DNA of 64,000 nucleotides from a candidate division FCPU426 bacterium (GCA_963840035.1 CAWIXE010000003.1:453235-517234), one strand, 5' to 3'. Counted from the stretch's first letter, positions 9,577 through 20,701 are shown. Program-made: numbers and translations. The notes: generated by a model not told the origin, from the sequence alone.

Positions 9577-11292
9577 ATGAACACTAAGATACTGATGGAA
9601 ATATCCTTCTTTTTTGTGCTTATACTCATCGCCGCAAGGCCGCTGGGAGAATACATGTACCAGGTATTTTCCGGAAAGAAAAACCTTTTAACACCGGTTT
9701 TCGCGCCATTGGAGGGCGTGTTTTACAGGATATGCGGCGTAAAAAAGGAAGATGAGCAAACCTGGCTTGATTATGCCGTTTCCCTTATGATATTCAATAT
9801 CAGCGGGCTGCTGCTGCTTTTTGCCATCATCATGCTACAGGGGTGGCTGCCATTAAACCCGCAGAAGCTCGGGGCGCCCGGGTTCTGGCTCGCGCTTAAC
9901 ACGGCTGTTTCGTTCGTGACAAATACAAACTGGCAGGCGTACGTGCCCGAGACCACGGTGAGCTATTTTACCCAGATGGCCGGGCTCGCCGTCCAGAATT
10001 TCCTGTCCGCTGCGACGGGCATTACGGTGGCAATCGCGCTCACAAGGGGGTTTACGCGTAAGGAAACAAAATTTTTGGGATCCTTCTGGGTGGACATTAC
10101 GCGCGCGTGCCTTTACATACTTCTGCCGATATCTATTTTCGGCGCCATATTCCTTGTTTCACAGGGCGTGCCGCAGAATTTTTCCGCATTTACAAACGCA
10201 AAGACAATCGAAGGGGGACAGCAGACCATCGCCCAGGGACCCATGGCATCCCAGGAGGTTATCAAGGAACTCGGTACCAATGGCGGCGGTTTTGTTAATG
10301 CAAATTCATCGCATCCTTATGAAAACCCGACGCCCGCGTCAAATATGTTCGAGATGTTCCTTATAGTATTGATCTCAGCCGGGCTTATTTTTACCTTCGG
10401 CAGGTATGCGGGGGATTTAAAGCAGGGCAGGACCCTGTTTTACGCTGTTTTTGCCGTGTTTATTTTGTTGGTGCTGTCCGCCGCCTGGTCGGAGACCACG
10501 ATAAATCCCCTGCTGGCAAAAAATGCCGGGGACAAAGTATCATTCAGCAGCGGCAACACCGAAGGCAAGGAAACAAGGTTTTTCGGCGGGGCGTCGCCGC
10601 TGTTTTCCGTGTCGACCACCGTCACCTCGTGCGGGGCGGTCAACAATATGCACGATTCCAATATGCCGCTGACCGGGCTTATTGAGCTTTTTGACATGCA
10701 GCTGGGGGAACTTATATTCGGCGGGGTCGGGACGGGATTATACACACTGCTGCTTTTTGCGGTCATCACCGTGTTCATTGCGGGGCTTATGGTGGGAAGG
10801 ACGCCCGAATACCTCGGGAAAAAGATAGGTCCGGTGGAGATCCAGCTTACCATAGCCGCAGCCATATTTTCCTCCATCCTTATTCTTATAAATTCGGCAG
10901 TAGCGGTATATGTGGCTGAAGCGGCAAAATCGGTCGCAAACCCGGGGCCGCACGGTTTTTCAGAGATACTTTACGCCGCGACTTCGGCGGGAGCCAATAA
11001 CGGTTCTGCCTTTGCGGGCCTGAACGCGAACATCAATTTCTGGAATATTTCGCTCGCCATTGAAATGTTCCTGGGCAGGTTTGTGCCCATAATACTTGTT
11101 CTCGCGCTTGCAGGCCGTCTCGCTGCAAAAAAGGCATCGCCTTCGTCTGTCGGGACCCTGCCGACCAATGATGCGCTTTTCGCAGTCATGCTTGTGATGG
11201 TGATACTTCTTGTGGGCGGGCTTACGTTCCTTCCGGCGCTTTCAATGGGCCCAATCGCGGAACATATGAACTTATTCACGGCGTTAAAATAA
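9577..11292 (+). CDS. kdpA: K+-transporting ATPase subunit A
   Basis: SFVTNTNWQAY, KELGTNGGG, GRTPEYLGKKI, NNGSAFAGL. Confidence 0.97.
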   Translation: MNTKILMEISFFFVLILIAARPLGEYMYQVFSGKKNLLTPVFAPLEGVFYRICGVKKEDEQTWLDYAVSLMIFNISGLLLLFAIIMLQGWLPLNPQKLGAPGFWLALNTAVSFVTNTNWQAYVPETTVSYFTQMAGLAVQNFLSAATGITVAIALTRGFTRKETKFLGSFWVDITRACLYILLPISIFGAIFLVSQGVPQNFSAFTNAKTIEGGQQTIAQGPMASQEVIKELGTNGGGFVNANSSHPYENPTPASNMFEMFLIVLISAGLIFTFGRYAGDLKQGRTLFYAVFAVFILLVLSAAWSETTINPLLAKNAGDKVSFSSGNTEGKETRFFGGASPLFSVSTTVTSCGAVNNMHDSNMPLTGLIELFDMQLGELIFGGVGTGLYTLLLFAVITVFIAGLMVGRTPEYLGKKIGPVEIQLTIAAAIFSSILILINSAVAVYVAEAAKSVANPGPHGFSEILYAATSAGANNGSAFAGLNANINFWNISLAIEMFLGRFVPIILVLALAGRLAAKKASPSSVGTLPTNDALFAVMLVMVILLVGGLTFLPALSMGPIAEHMNLFTALK

Positions 11293-11310
11293 ACCGGCTC
11301 GGAGGAAAAA

Positions 11311-13368
11311 ATGGACAATAAACAGCTCAATAGGATAAGCGGAAAGATGCTGCTGGAAGCGGCCATAAATTCCATAAAAAAACTTTCGCCTGATAAAATG
11401 TGGGCCATACCGGTGATGTTCACCGTAGAGATAGGGGCGATGCTCACCACAATAAGCCTGTTTTTTGGCATATTCACAAAAACCGGACATGAGGGCATAA
11501 TGCTGACCCTGCATATATCCGTGTGGCTGTGGCTCACCGTGATTTTTGCGAATTTTGCCGAAGCCCTGGCCGAATCAAGGGGAAAGGCGACCGCGGATTC
11601 GCTGAAAAAGACAAAACGCGATCTTATGGCAAAGAAAGTGGGGGATGCCGCTTCCCGTGACTTCACGCTGGTGGCTGCCTCCACGCTTATAAAAGGCGAC
11701 CTTGTGATAGCGGAGCCATCCGATGTGATATCGCTGGACGGCGAGATAATAAGCGGCATCGCGAGCATAGACGAATCCGCGGTAACGGGCGAGTCGGCTC
11801 CGGTCATACGCGAGGCAGGAGGGGACCGTTCGAGCGTGATCGGCGGGACCAAGGTCCTCTCGGACTTTATCGTATACCGCATAACGGCCAATCCCGGCGA
11901 AAGTTTCCTGGATAAGATGATAGCGCTGGTTGAGGGCGCCGTGCGTAAAAGGACTCCCAACGAGATAGCGCTGAACATACTGCTTATCGCGCTTACTTTT
12001 ATTTTCCTTCTGGCGGTGTCCACACTCCAGCCATACGCCCATTTTTTGAGCTCGACATTCACCGTGACCCAGCTCGTGTCGCTCTTCGTCGCGCTTGCGC
12101 CGACCACCATCGGAGCGCTGCTTTCGGCGATAGGAATAGCCGGCATGAACAGGCTTCTGAAGATAAACGTCCTTGCTTTTTCGGGCAAGTCGGTCGAGGC
12201 CGCGGGCGATGTGGATGCAGTCCTGCTGGATAAGACGGGTACCATAACGCTGGGGAACAGGCAGGCCGACGCGTTCCTTCCGGTGAAGGGAGTGGGCGAA
12301 GAGGAACTGGCGCTGGCCGCCCAGTATTCCTCGCTGTCGGACGATACTCCCGAAGGCAGGTCCATAGTCGTTCTCGCCAAGCGCAGATTCAACATCAGGG
12401 AGCATGAGTTCGGTTCCACCGATAAGGTAAGTTTTATCCCCTTTAAAGCCGAGACAAGGATGAGTGGAGTGGATCTAAACGGCGTTATAATAATGAAAGG
12501 AGCCGCGGATTCGATAGTTGAATACGTGAAGTCAAAAGACAGGAATGCTGCGATCCCGGACGACCTGCAGGCTATAGTTGAGTCAGTGGCCGTAAAAGGA
12601 GGAACCCCCCTTGTGGTGGCGAAAGAGGCGAGGATACTCGGGGTGATTAATTTAAAGGATATTCTGAAGGGCGGTATCAGGGAAAGGCTGCTTCAGCTGA
12701 ATTTGATGGGTATTAAAAGTGTCATGATAACCGGGGACAATCCTGTGACCGCGGCGTCTATCGCGGCCGAGGCGGGCGTCAACGATTTTTTGTCGAACGC
12801 CAAGCCCGAGACAAAACTGGCGCTCATAAAGAAATATCAGGCAGAGGGGCATATGGTGGCCATGATCGGCGACGGCACGAACGACGCGCCGGCGCTGGCG
12901 CAGGCTGACGTGGGTATCGCCATGAATACCGGCACAGCCGCGGCCAGGGAAGCGGGGAACATGCTTGACCTTGACTCAAACCCGACAAAGGTAATAGAGG
13001 TCGTCGAGATCGGCAAGCAGATACTCATCACGCGCGGTTCGCTAACGACATTTTCCATAGCCAATGACGTGGCCAAATACTTTGCCATAGTACCTGCGAT
13101 GCTCATGGGCATGTTCCCGTCAATGGCCGGGCTGAACATAATGAGGCTGGCATCGCCGTCTTCGGCTATCCTTTCGGCAATCATATTCAATGCCGTGATA
13201 ATACCGTCGCTGATACCGCTGGCCCTGCGCGGCGTGCCTTATAAGCCGCAGTCGGCGGCAAGCCTTTTGAGGGTGAACATACTTATATACGGGCTCGGCG
13301 GAGTAATACTTCCGTTCATCGGGATCAAAGCGATAGATATGCTGCTCGCTGCCCTTCATATAGTGTAG
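11311..13368 (+). CDS. kdpB: K+-transporting P-type ATPase subunit B
   Basis: [34 protein letters not shown]. Confidence 0.97.
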   Translation: MDNKQLNRISGKMLLEAAINSIKKLSPDKMWAIPVMFTVEIGAMLTTISLFFGIFTKTGHEGIMLTLHISVWLWLTVIFANFAEALAESRGKATADSLKKTKRDLMAKKVGDAASRDFTLVAASTLIKGDLVIAEPSDVISLDGEIISGIASIDESAVTGESAPVIREAGGDRSSVIGGTKVLSDFIVYRITANPGESFLDKMIALVEGAVRKRTPNEIALNILLIALTFIFLLAVSTLQPYAHFLSSTFTVTQLVSLFVALAPTTIGALLSAIGIAGMNRLLKINVLAFSGKSVEAAGDVDAVLLDKTGTITLGNRQADAFLPVKGVGEEELALAAQYSSLSDDTPEGRSIVVLAKRRFNIREHEFGSTDKVSFIPFKAETRMSGVDLNGVIIMKGAADSIVEYVKSKDRNAAIPDDLQAIVESVAVKGGTPLVVAKEARILGVINLKDILKGGIRERLLQLNLMGIKSVMITGDNPVTAASIAAEAGVNDFLSNAKPETKLALIKKYQAEGHMVAMIGDGTNDAPALAQADVGIAMNTGTAAAREAGNMLDLDSNPTKVIEVVEIGKQILITRGSLTTFSIANDVAKYFAIVPAMLMGMFPSMAGLNIMRLASPSSAILSAIIFNAVIIPSLIPLALRGVPYKPQSAASLLRVNILIYGLGGVILPFIGIKAIDMLLAALHIV

Positions 13369-13384
13369 GAAAAGGAGGATATAA

Positions 13385-13948
13385 ATGAAAAAAATATTGT
13401 TCACTTCGTTAATGATGCTTATGTGTTTTACCCTGCTTCTGGGGTTTATCTACCCTGTGATAGTCTGGGCCGTGTCCGGCCTGGCGTTCCCGTGGCAGGC
13501 TAAAGGCAGCCTTGTTGCAAAAGGCGGCGTTGTCGTCGGAAGCTCCATTATCGGGCAAAAATTCACGTCGGCAAGGTATTTTCACGCGAGGCCTTCTGCC
13601 GTGGATTTTAACGCCGGAGCTTCGGGCGGGTCGAACCTCGGACCGTCAAACCCGGACCTGGTATCAAGGATAATAAACAATGCCGATGCCGAGATAAAGG
13701 CAAACCCCGGACAGGCGGAAAAGGTGCCTGGAGAGCTGGTTTGCGCGTCATCAAGCGGCCTTGACCCGCACATAACAAAAGAAGCGGCGATGTGGCAGGT
13801 AAAACGGGTGGCAAAAGCACGCGCTTTGGATGAAAAAAAGCTGGGCGGGTACGTTGAAAAAATGGCGCAAAAACCCCTTTTCGGATTCATCGGGCCGGAA
13901 AAGGTGAATGTGCTTGAACTGAACATGTACCTGGATTCAGGCATATAA
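13385..13948 (+). CDS. kdpC: K+-transporting ATPase subunit C
   Basis: GSSIIGQKF...YFHARPS...SGGSNLGP...SSSGLDPHI...VNVLELN. Confidence 0.97.
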   Translation: MKKILFTSLMMLMCFTLLLGFIYPVIVWAVSGLAFPWQAKGSLVAKGGVVVGSSIIGQKFTSARYFHARPSAVDFNAGASGGSNLGPSNPDLVSRIINNADAEIKANPGQAEKVPGELVCASSSGLDPHITKEAAMWQVKRVAKARALDEKKLGGYVEKMAQKPLFGFIGPEKVNVLELNMYLDSGI

Positions 13949-14014
13949 AAAACAGTCTTCAGCGGCGCTAAAAACTGCTATAATATTACGGGGATTTCAA
14001 TTACAGGGATATGC

Positions 14015-15541
14015 ATGAAAAATAAAATGTTTGAAAAGATAAAAGGGCTTGAGTTTTTTTTCAGCGCGGCTCTTACAGGTGGCATTACCGTTGTCGGTGT
14101 CGTTTTCAGGGACCAACTGGATGCCGCTAATTTTCCCGTCATCTACCTGCTGGCGGTGGTATTAAGCGCGGTCTGGTGGGGTATGGCCGTGTCGGTTTTT
14201 TCCGCGATAGCGGGAGTGCTTGCTTTTGATTTTTTTCTGGTCCTGCCATACCATTCACTGAGAATAAGCGATCTTAAATACGCCTATATATTCGCAAGTT
14301 TCATAATCACGGGCGTGATAGTGAGCCTTGTGGCGTCGCGCGCGCGCAGCCAGGCTATCGAGGCAAAGCAGCGCGAGGCAAAAACCTCCCTGCTTTACAG
14401 GCTCAGCAGGGAAATGGCGGCGTGCGAGACAATGGCCGAGGTGATAGCATCGGTGAGGAAAAATGTCGGGGAATTGCTGGGATGTTCCACCGCAGTATTC
14501 CTTCCGGATGAGAAGGGGATACATGCCGCGGGAAGCGACGGGGATTTTCCTGCTGATGAGCACGAGAACGCGGTCGCGCACTGGGTCATGTCGAATAAAA
14601 AACCTGCCGGAGCGGGCACACTGGTGCTCAGCGCGGCAAAGGCATTATATGTTCCCCTCGAGATATCAAGGAAAACAGTTGGAGTGCTCGGCATTATGAC
14701 GCGGGACGGCCGTAAAATATTTGACACCCCGGAAATTGACCTCCTGGAAGCGCTTTCAAGTCAGTCTTCAGTGGCCATACAGCGCGTGAAGCTGGCGGGA
14801 GAATCCAGGGAAATGGAGATTGCCGGCCAGACGCAGGCGCTCCAGACCGCGCTTTTAAACTCGATCTCCCACGACCTGCGCACCCCGCTTGTATCCATAA
14901 CCGGAGCTTTGAGCACGCTGTCGCAGGATTTCGAGGCTGTAGACCCGCAGGACAGGATAGAACTGCTCCGGGCCGCGTATGAGGATTCGCTGCACCTCAA
15001 TGATATTGTGGGAAACCTCCTGGACATCACAAGGGTGGAGTCGGGCAAGATGAAACCGGACATAAAACCCTGTGACTTGAAGGACTTGGTCGGCGCGTCC
15101 TTAAAAGCCGTGAAAAACAGGATTGATGACAGAAAGGTGGATGTGGACATACCCGGGGCTATATTTGAAATACCCGCGGACTTTACACTTTTGATGAGGG
15201 TTTTTATCAATCTGATCGATAACGCCGTAAAATATTCTTTGCCCGGCTCCGGTATCACAGTTAAGGCCAGGGAGCAGGATGGCGCGGTATTAATAGAGGT
15301 AAAAGACGGGGGTTTTGGCATACCGGAGCAGGACCTTGAACATATATTTGACAAATTTTTCAGGGCGGCGAAACCCAGGCAGGTCTCCGGGACGGGACTG
15401 GGACTCTCAATATGCAGGGGTATAGTGGAAGCCCATGGCGGTAAAATATGGGCCAGAAATAATCCGGACGGGGGCGCAACCTTCATCATCAGTCTGCCGG
15501 CATACCGCCGCGCAAACCGGGCTGAAAAGAAGCTGGGCTGA
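14015..15541 (+). CDS. kdpD: KdpD C-terminal half: DUF4118 TM domain + GAF + histidine kinase (no KdpD/Usp N-terminus)
   Basis: FDFFLVLPYHSL TM motif; H-box SISHDLRTPL; NLIDNAVKYS; GTGLGLSIC. Confidence 0.88.
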   Translation: MKNKMFEKIKGLEFFFSAALTGGITVVGVVFRDQLDAANFPVIYLLAVVLSAVWWGMAVSVFSAIAGVLAFDFFLVLPYHSLRISDLKYAYIFASFIITGVIVSLVASRARSQAIEAKQREAKTSLLYRLSREMAACETMAEVIASVRKNVGELLGCSTAVFLPDEKGIHAAGSDGDFPADEHENAVAHWVMSNKKPAGAGTLVLSAAKALYVPLEISRKTVGVLGIMTRDGRKIFDTPEIDLLEALSSQSSVAIQRVKLAGESREMEIAGQTQALQTALLNSISHDLRTPLVSITGALSTLSQDFEAVDPQDRIELLRAAYEDSLHLNDIVGNLLDITRVESGKMKPDIKPCDLKDLVGASLKAVKNRIDDRKVDVDIPGAIFEIPADFTLLMRVFINLIDNAVKYSLPGSGITVKAREQDGAVLIEVKDGGFGIPEQDLEHIFDKFFRAAKPRQVSGTGLGLSICRGIVEAHGGKIWARNNPDGGATFIISLPAYRRANRAEKKLG

Positions 15542-15542
15542 T

Positions 15543-16241
15543 ATGGGCGACACAACAGGCCTGCGCGTGCTCGTAGTTGACGACGAAAGGACCATCAGGC
15601 AGTTTTTAAAGGCCGCGTTGAAATCAAAAGGCATGTCCGTAACGGAGGCATCCGAAGGGGGGCAGGCCGTTGATGCCGCTTTGAACTCCCATCCCGACGT
15701 GGTCATACTGGACCTGGGGCTTCCGGATATGGACGGCATTGAAGTTGTAAAAAAGATAAGGGAAAGGTCGCCCGTTCCCATAATAATCCTGTCCGTGCGC
15801 GAGTCTGAAAATGACAAGATCTCGGCATTGGACGCGGGAGCCGATGATTATCTGACGAAGCCGTTTAACGCGGGCGAACTGCTTGCAAGGATAAGGACAA
15901 TAATGCGCAGGTTAAAACCGGGCGGGGAAGGGCCGGTCTACAGGTCCGGGGCGCTTGAAGTCGATATAACGAAACATTCTGTGACTTCCGGAGGCAGGGC
16001 TGTCAAACTGACTCCCGTTGAATTCGATATATTAAAAATGTTTGTGATGAACACGGGCAAGGTACTGACCCATATGCGGATACTGAAGGAAATATGGGGC
16101 AAAAACGACGATCCTGAGGACGCGCTCCACCTGCTCAGGGTAACCATAAGCAACTTAAGGGACAAAATCGAACCTGACCCGAACAGGCCGGAACATATAC
16201 TGACCGAGCCCGGTGTCGGCTACAGGCTTAATGAGGAGTAA
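15543..16241 (+). CDS. kdpE: Response regulator KdpE
   Basis: VLVVDDE, DLGLPDMDG, ALDAGADDYLTKPF, ILTEPGVGYR. Confidence 0.93.
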   Translation: MGDTTGLRVLVVDDERTIRQFLKAALKSKGMSVTEASEGGQAVDAALNSHPDVVILDLGLPDMDGIEVVKKIRERSPVPIIILSVRESENDKISALDAGADDYLTKPFNAGELLARIRTIMRRLKPGGEGPVYRSGALEVDITKHSVTSGGRAVKLTPVEFDILKMFVMNTGKVLTHMRILKEIWGKNDDPEDALHLLRVTISNLRDKIEPDPNRPEHILTEPGVGYRLNEE

Positions 16242-16243
16242 TA

Positions 16244-18292
16244 ATGGCTGAAGACAACGTTTTAAAACCCGATTCCCAGGCCCTTCTTGACGAGCTGAAG
16301 AAGTCGCAATCCGGCGATAAAAAAGGGCTGTTAAAATTATTCATAGGTTATGCCCCCGGCGTAGGCAAGACATATTCCATGCTTGAGCAGGCGCAGGCGA
16401 TGAAAAGCAGGGGTGTCGACGTTGTAGTGGGCGTGGTGGAAACCCATAAGAGGAAAGAAACGCAGGAACTTCTGGAAGGGCTTGAGATCGTTCCCATGAC
16501 GGAGATAACATATAAGAATGTGAAATTATACGAACTCGATACGCAGGCCATAATAAAGCGCGCCCCGAAAGTGGTCCTCGTGGACGAGCTGGCCCACACC
16601 AATGCCCCGGGGTCCGTGCATTTGAAAAGGTATCAGGACGTGCTGGAACTTACTGAAAATAAAATAGACGTGTATACAACGGTGAACATACAGCATTTTG
16701 AGAGCGTAAACGACATGGTCGCCGGTGTGACCGGGGTGAAAGTGCAGGAGACGGTGGCTGATTCGGTCCTGGACCAGGCTGACGAGATAGAGGTCAAGGA
16801 CATACCCATAGAGGAGCTTCACCAGCGGCTTAAGGACGGCAAGGTGTACATACCCGAGCAGGCAAAGATCGCCGTCGACAAGTTCTTCAAGAGGTCCAAC
16901 CTTCTGGCGCTCCGGGAGATAACCCTGCGCAGGGTGGCCACCAAGCTGGATTCGGAGCTGGTCAACTACATGAAGGCAAAAGCGATCATCGGGCCCTGGC
17001 CCGTAACCGAACGGCTCCTGGTATGCGTGGCGCCTTCCCCTTACGCCAAGCAGCTCATACGCAAGGCGTATCATCTGGCGGGCGAGATAAAAGCCGAGTG
17101 GTACGCGGTGTATGTGGAATCGATTTCCCAGCTTCAGATGGATGACAGCGACAGGGCAAAGCTGGCCGAGACGCTGGAATTCGCGGAGGAGCTCGGGGCG
17201 AAAGTCAGGACGCTTTCGGGCAATGACGTGGCGGAGGAGCTGCTGCGCTTTTCCGAACAGGAAAAAGTGACAAGGATAATGATCGGCAAGCCATCGGCTA
17301 AGCACGGTTTTGATATATTCAACCCCTCGCCGGCGCAGAAACTCATGAAGTCCAGCAGGGAGATAGACATCTACCTGATAGAACCCAATGTCGAAGGCCA
17401 GGAAAAGGCAAGGCGGGATGAGCGGAAAAAGGCGATGCCCGGGTTCAAGCTTGTTGAATATATTTACAGTTTCCTCCTGATCCTGCCGGTCGTTGCCCTC
17501 GGTTTCCTGCTGCATTCGGTCTTCAAGATAGAGAATTTCTCCGTTATCTTCATCATGGCCGTGGTGGCCAGCGCGTATCTGTTCGGGACATACCCGTCGT
17601 TCTTTGTCTCCGTGGTGAGCGTCATATTTTACGATTTCTTATTCGTGCCGCCGTACTTCAGTTTCACCATTGGCAGGCTCGAATACGCGGTCGAGATAAT
17701 CATCTTCCTGATAACGTCATTTGCCGTGGGTGAGATAACAAGGTTATTCAGGCGCCAGAAGGAAGCTTTAAGGATGCGCCTTGAAAATATCAGGATACTG
17801 GAGCAGATGGGCAGGGAACTGCTTGGCGTACCCACCATTGAGCAGGTAATGGATTCAACGGCAGAGAACAGGAACCCGGAGCTTGCCGAGACCATCCAGC
17901 TTATTAACATTGACATTATGGAGCAGGTGGCCGGCATCATATCCGGATACCTGTCTAAAGTCCTGAAAGTCCCTAACATGATAATCTTTAAAGACAGGGA
18001 TAAAAAAGTGAAGGTGTGGGCCAGGTCTGAGGATGATATTTCCATCTCAAAAAACGATATGGGCGTGGCCAACTGGGTCTACGAAAAGGGCGATCCGGCC
18101 GGCAGGGGCACAAGGACACTGGTATCATCGGAATTTGTATTCCTGCCAATGGAAACAAGGAACGGCATAGTGGGCGTTATTGCTTTAAAGACAGATTACG
18201 CCCAGGTGCTCCCGCAGGATAAATATTTCATAACGGCAATCGCTGATTTCGCGGCCATTGCCGCTGAAAAGTGCGCGAAACTTATGGTTTAG
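16244..18292 (+). CDS. kdpD: KdpD N-terminal half: KdpD domain + Usp + DUF4118 TM + GAF-like, no kinase domain
   Basis: GYAPGVGKTY Walker A, VDELAHTN, KRYQDV, Usp 'LLVCV', YDFLFVPPYFSF; ends before any H-box. Confidence 0.88.
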   Translation: MAEDNVLKPDSQALLDELKKSQSGDKKGLLKLFIGYAPGVGKTYSMLEQAQAMKSRGVDVVVGVVETHKRKETQELLEGLEIVPMTEITYKNVKLYELDTQAIIKRAPKVVLVDELAHTNAPGSVHLKRYQDVLELTENKIDVYTTVNIQHFESVNDMVAGVTGVKVQETVADSVLDQADEIEVKDIPIEELHQRLKDGKVYIPEQAKIAVDKFFKRSNLLALREITLRRVATKLDSELVNYMKAKAIIGPWPVTERLLVCVAPSPYAKQLIRKAYHLAGEIKAEWYAVYVESISQLQMDDSDRAKLAETLEFAEELGAKVRTLSGNDVAEELLRFSEQEKVTRIMIGKPSAKHGFDIFNPSPAQKLMKSSREIDIYLIEPNVEGQEKARRDERKKAMPGFKLVEYIYSFLLILPVVALGFLLHSVFKIENFSVIFIMAVVASAYLFGTYPSFFVSVVSVIFYDFLFVPPYFSFTIGRLEYAVEIIIFLITSFAVGEITRLFRRQKEALRMRLENIRILEQMGRELLGVPTIEQVMDSTAENRNPELAETIQLINIDIMEQVAGIISGYLSKVLKVPNMIIFKDRDKKVKVWARSEDDISISKNDMGVANWVYEKGDPAGRGTRTLVSSEFVFLPMETRNGIVGVIALKTDYAQVLPQDKYFITAIADFAAIAAEKCAKLMV

Positions 18293-18398
18293 ATCAACAG
18301 ATATCATAGCAAATCAAAGATCAATACTGCGTTTTGACCGGGCTGGCGGTAAATCCCGATTTAAACGCCTTATTTATAAGCCTGTTTTCATTTTCCTC

Positions 18399-18426
18399 TT
18401 GAATTCCAGCCCGTAAAAGGTATAAT
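18399..18426 (+). promoter_or_regulatory. Putative sigma70 promoter giving an ~190-nt leader
   Basis: TTGAAT-16 nt-TATAAT; start codon at 18624. Confidence 0.5.
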
Positions 18427-18623
18427 AACTCCATTAATTTCAGCCCATACGGCCGGTATTCATAAACGGTTAAGTTAAGGAAAGATATTGATGCACCCCA
18501 GGTAAGCCATGCGGGTAGTTTTGACCGCGGGCTTTAGACGGCTCACAAAGGAAGTCCTGTCCGGCAATAAATCCCTTAAAATTTGATGTTATCGGACTAA
18601 GTGCATATAAAACTGGAGAACAG

Positions 18624-20615
18624 ATGGAAGAAAAAAAGAACATTTTTCAACAGGCAAAAGAGTTTTTGGTAGGAGGCGCCAGGAGCGTGCGCGACCCTCA
18701 GATATTTCATAAGGTATCCCTTATAGCCTTAATGGCATGGATAGGCCTGGGCGCCGACGGTATGACCTCGTCATGCTATGGCCCTGAAGAATCGTTTATT
18801 ACACTCGGAAGCCACTATGCACTGGGAGTGTTTGTGGCAATCGCGTCAGTTATAACCATTATAGTTATCAGTATGAGTTATTCCCAGCTTATTGAGTTAT
18901 TTCCGGCCGGCGGCGGCGGGTACCTTGTAGCCAGTAAATTGCTGTCGCCCACAGCCGGGGTTGTGTCAGGCTCTGCTCTAATAATCGACTATGTCCTGAC
19001 TATCAGTTTATCCATCGCGGCTGGAGCCGATGCCCTATTTAGTTTTTTACCGGCGGATTTGCATGTCTATAAACTGTGGTTCGCAATTTTCGGGGTGGTT
19101 ATTCTTACGGTCCTTAATCTAAGGGGGGTAAAAGAGTCTATCGCGGTAATCTCACCGATATTCGTTGTTTTTATCATAACGCATGTTTTTATAATCATAT
19201 ATGCTTTCGGTATGAATATAGGTAACTTCGGGTCGGTAATATCACAGACAACTGGCGAATTAAAAAACACCGCAGGCATGCTTGGTATAGGCGGCATGAT
19301 TATGTTAGTGCTGCGGGCGTATTCAATGGGCGCCGGAACATTCACCGGTATTGAGGCTGTGAGCAACGGGATGAATGTATTCAAGGAACCCAAGGTTAAG
19401 AATGCCAAAACCACCATGGTATACATGGCTGCTTCGCTTTCTTTCCTGGTGCTCGGGATAACGCTGTCGTATGTGCTCTTCAGGCTAAATGTCCAGCCCG
19501 GGAAGACATTAAACGCGGTTTTGTTTGAAACCGTTACACAAGGCTGGGGCAACGGCGGAAAGGCTTTTGTCTTTATAACGCTGCTCTCGGAGGCCGCGCT
19601 CCTTTTTGTCGCGGCCCAGACCGGGTTCATCGGCGGCCCGGCCATCATAGCAAATATGGCGCGCGACAAATGGCTGCCGACAAGGTTTGCGCTCTTATCC
19701 GACAGGCTTGTGGCCCATAACGGAATATTCATAATGAGCATAGCTGCCGTGTGCACGCTGCTCATCGCAAAGGGTTCGGTCAAATATCTCGTGGTCCTTT
19801 ATTCAATAAACGTTTTTATAACCTTCACCCTGGCCCAGCTGGGCATGGTCGCGCACTGGTGGACATCAAGGAAAAAGGAACCGCACTGGAAGAAAAAAAT
19901 AGCCGTTAACGGCATCGGCCTTGCGTTAACCACGTTTATTCTGGTTATGGTAACGGTAATTAAATTTGCCGAAGGCGGATGGATTACCGTGGTCATTACT
20001 TCGGCGCTTATCGGGCTGTGTTATTTTATAAAAGGGCATTATAAGAAAGCGGGAAAAGAACTCCTGAAGCTGGACTCCCTCATCGAGGCGGCTGCGACGT
20101 ATTCGCCGAACATGGTGGATGAAAAAAAGAAAAAGCAAGTGCCGCACTTTGATCCTGCCGCAAAAACCGCCGTGGTATTTGTAAACGGGTTTAACGGGCT
20201 CGGGATGCACACGGCGCTTTCCATTATCAGGCTTTTTGGCAAGGCTTTTAAGAATTTTGTTTTTGTCCAGATAGGAATTGTGGATACAGGTAATTTCAAA
20301 GGCACTGAAGAAGTGGACCATCTCCAGACATATATACAAGGAGAGGTTGATTCATATGTGGATTTTTTCGTGGAGAACGGGTATTACGCTGAAGGCATTG
20401 TGTCAGTAGGTACGGAAGTCGTGGAAGAGGCGAATAAACTGGTCCCCAAGATACGCGATAAGTTTACAGACCCGATTTTCTTCGGAGGCCAGCTGGTATT
20501 TAAGGAAGACACATTCATGACAAACCTGCTTCATAATTATATAGTATTCCAGCTGCAGCAGTCCATGTACCACCAGGGCATTACTTTCGTTATACTTCCA
20601 ATACGCGTTTACTAG
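18624..20615 (+). CDS. APC-superfamily KimA/YdaO-like potassium transporter
   Basis: ADGMTSSCYGPEE, FPAGGGGY, LIIDYVLTI, TGIEAVSNG, LYSINVFITFTLAQ; adjacent to kdp genes. Confidence 0.8.
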   Translation: MEEKKNIFQQAKEFLVGGARSVRDPQIFHKVSLIALMAWIGLGADGMTSSCYGPEESFITLGSHYALGVFVAIASVITIIVISMSYSQLIELFPAGGGGYLVASKLLSPTAGVVSGSALIIDYVLTISLSIAAGADALFSFLPADLHVYKLWFAIFGVVILTVLNLRGVKESIAVISPIFVVFIITHVFIIIYAFGMNIGNFGSVISQTTGELKNTAGMLGIGGMIMLVLRAYSMGAGTFTGIEAVSNGMNVFKEPKVKNAKTTMVYMAASLSFLVLGITLSYVLFRLNVQPGKTLNAVLFETVTQGWGNGGKAFVFITLLSEAALLFVAAQTGFIGGPAIIANMARDKWLPTRFALLSDRLVAHNGIFIMSIAAVCTLLIAKGSVKYLVVLYSINVFITFTLAQLGMVAHWWTSRKKEPHWKKKIAVNGIGLALTTFILVMVTVIKFAEGGWITVVITSALIGLCYFIKGHYKKAGKELLKLDSLIEAAATYSPNMVDEKKKKQVPHFDPAAKTAVVFVNGFNGLGMHTALSIIRLFGKAFKNFVFVQIGIVDTGNFKGTEEVDHLQTYIQGEVDSYVDFFVENGYYAEGIVSVGTEVVEEANKLVPKIRDKFTDPIFFGGQLVFKEDTFMTNLLHNYIVFQLQQSMYHQGITFVILPIRVY

Positions 20616-20672
20616 TTAAAGTCAAAGGTTAAAAGTCAAAACCCAAAAGTGAACCTAAATCAGCCATGGCTA

Positions 20673-20701
20673 TTGACAATATGTACATAATAACGTACAA
20701 T
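20673..20701 (+). promoter_or_regulatory. Sigma70 promoter with YefM-type operator palindromes
   Basis: TTGACA-17 nt-TACAAT; TGTACA (20682) and CGTACA (20694) lie 12 bp apart. Confidence 0.75.

Noticed and set aside
10971..12419. Long antisense ORFs (e.g. 10971-12419, 16526-17515, 22901-23785, 24913-25968, 31965-32810, 36652-37506)
   Set aside because: Shadow frames opposite well-conserved genes, with no recognisable motifs.
18427..18623. Canonical c-di-AMP (ydaO) riboswitch
   Set aside because: Consensus motifs are not recognisable by eye; kept only as an unidentified structured leader.
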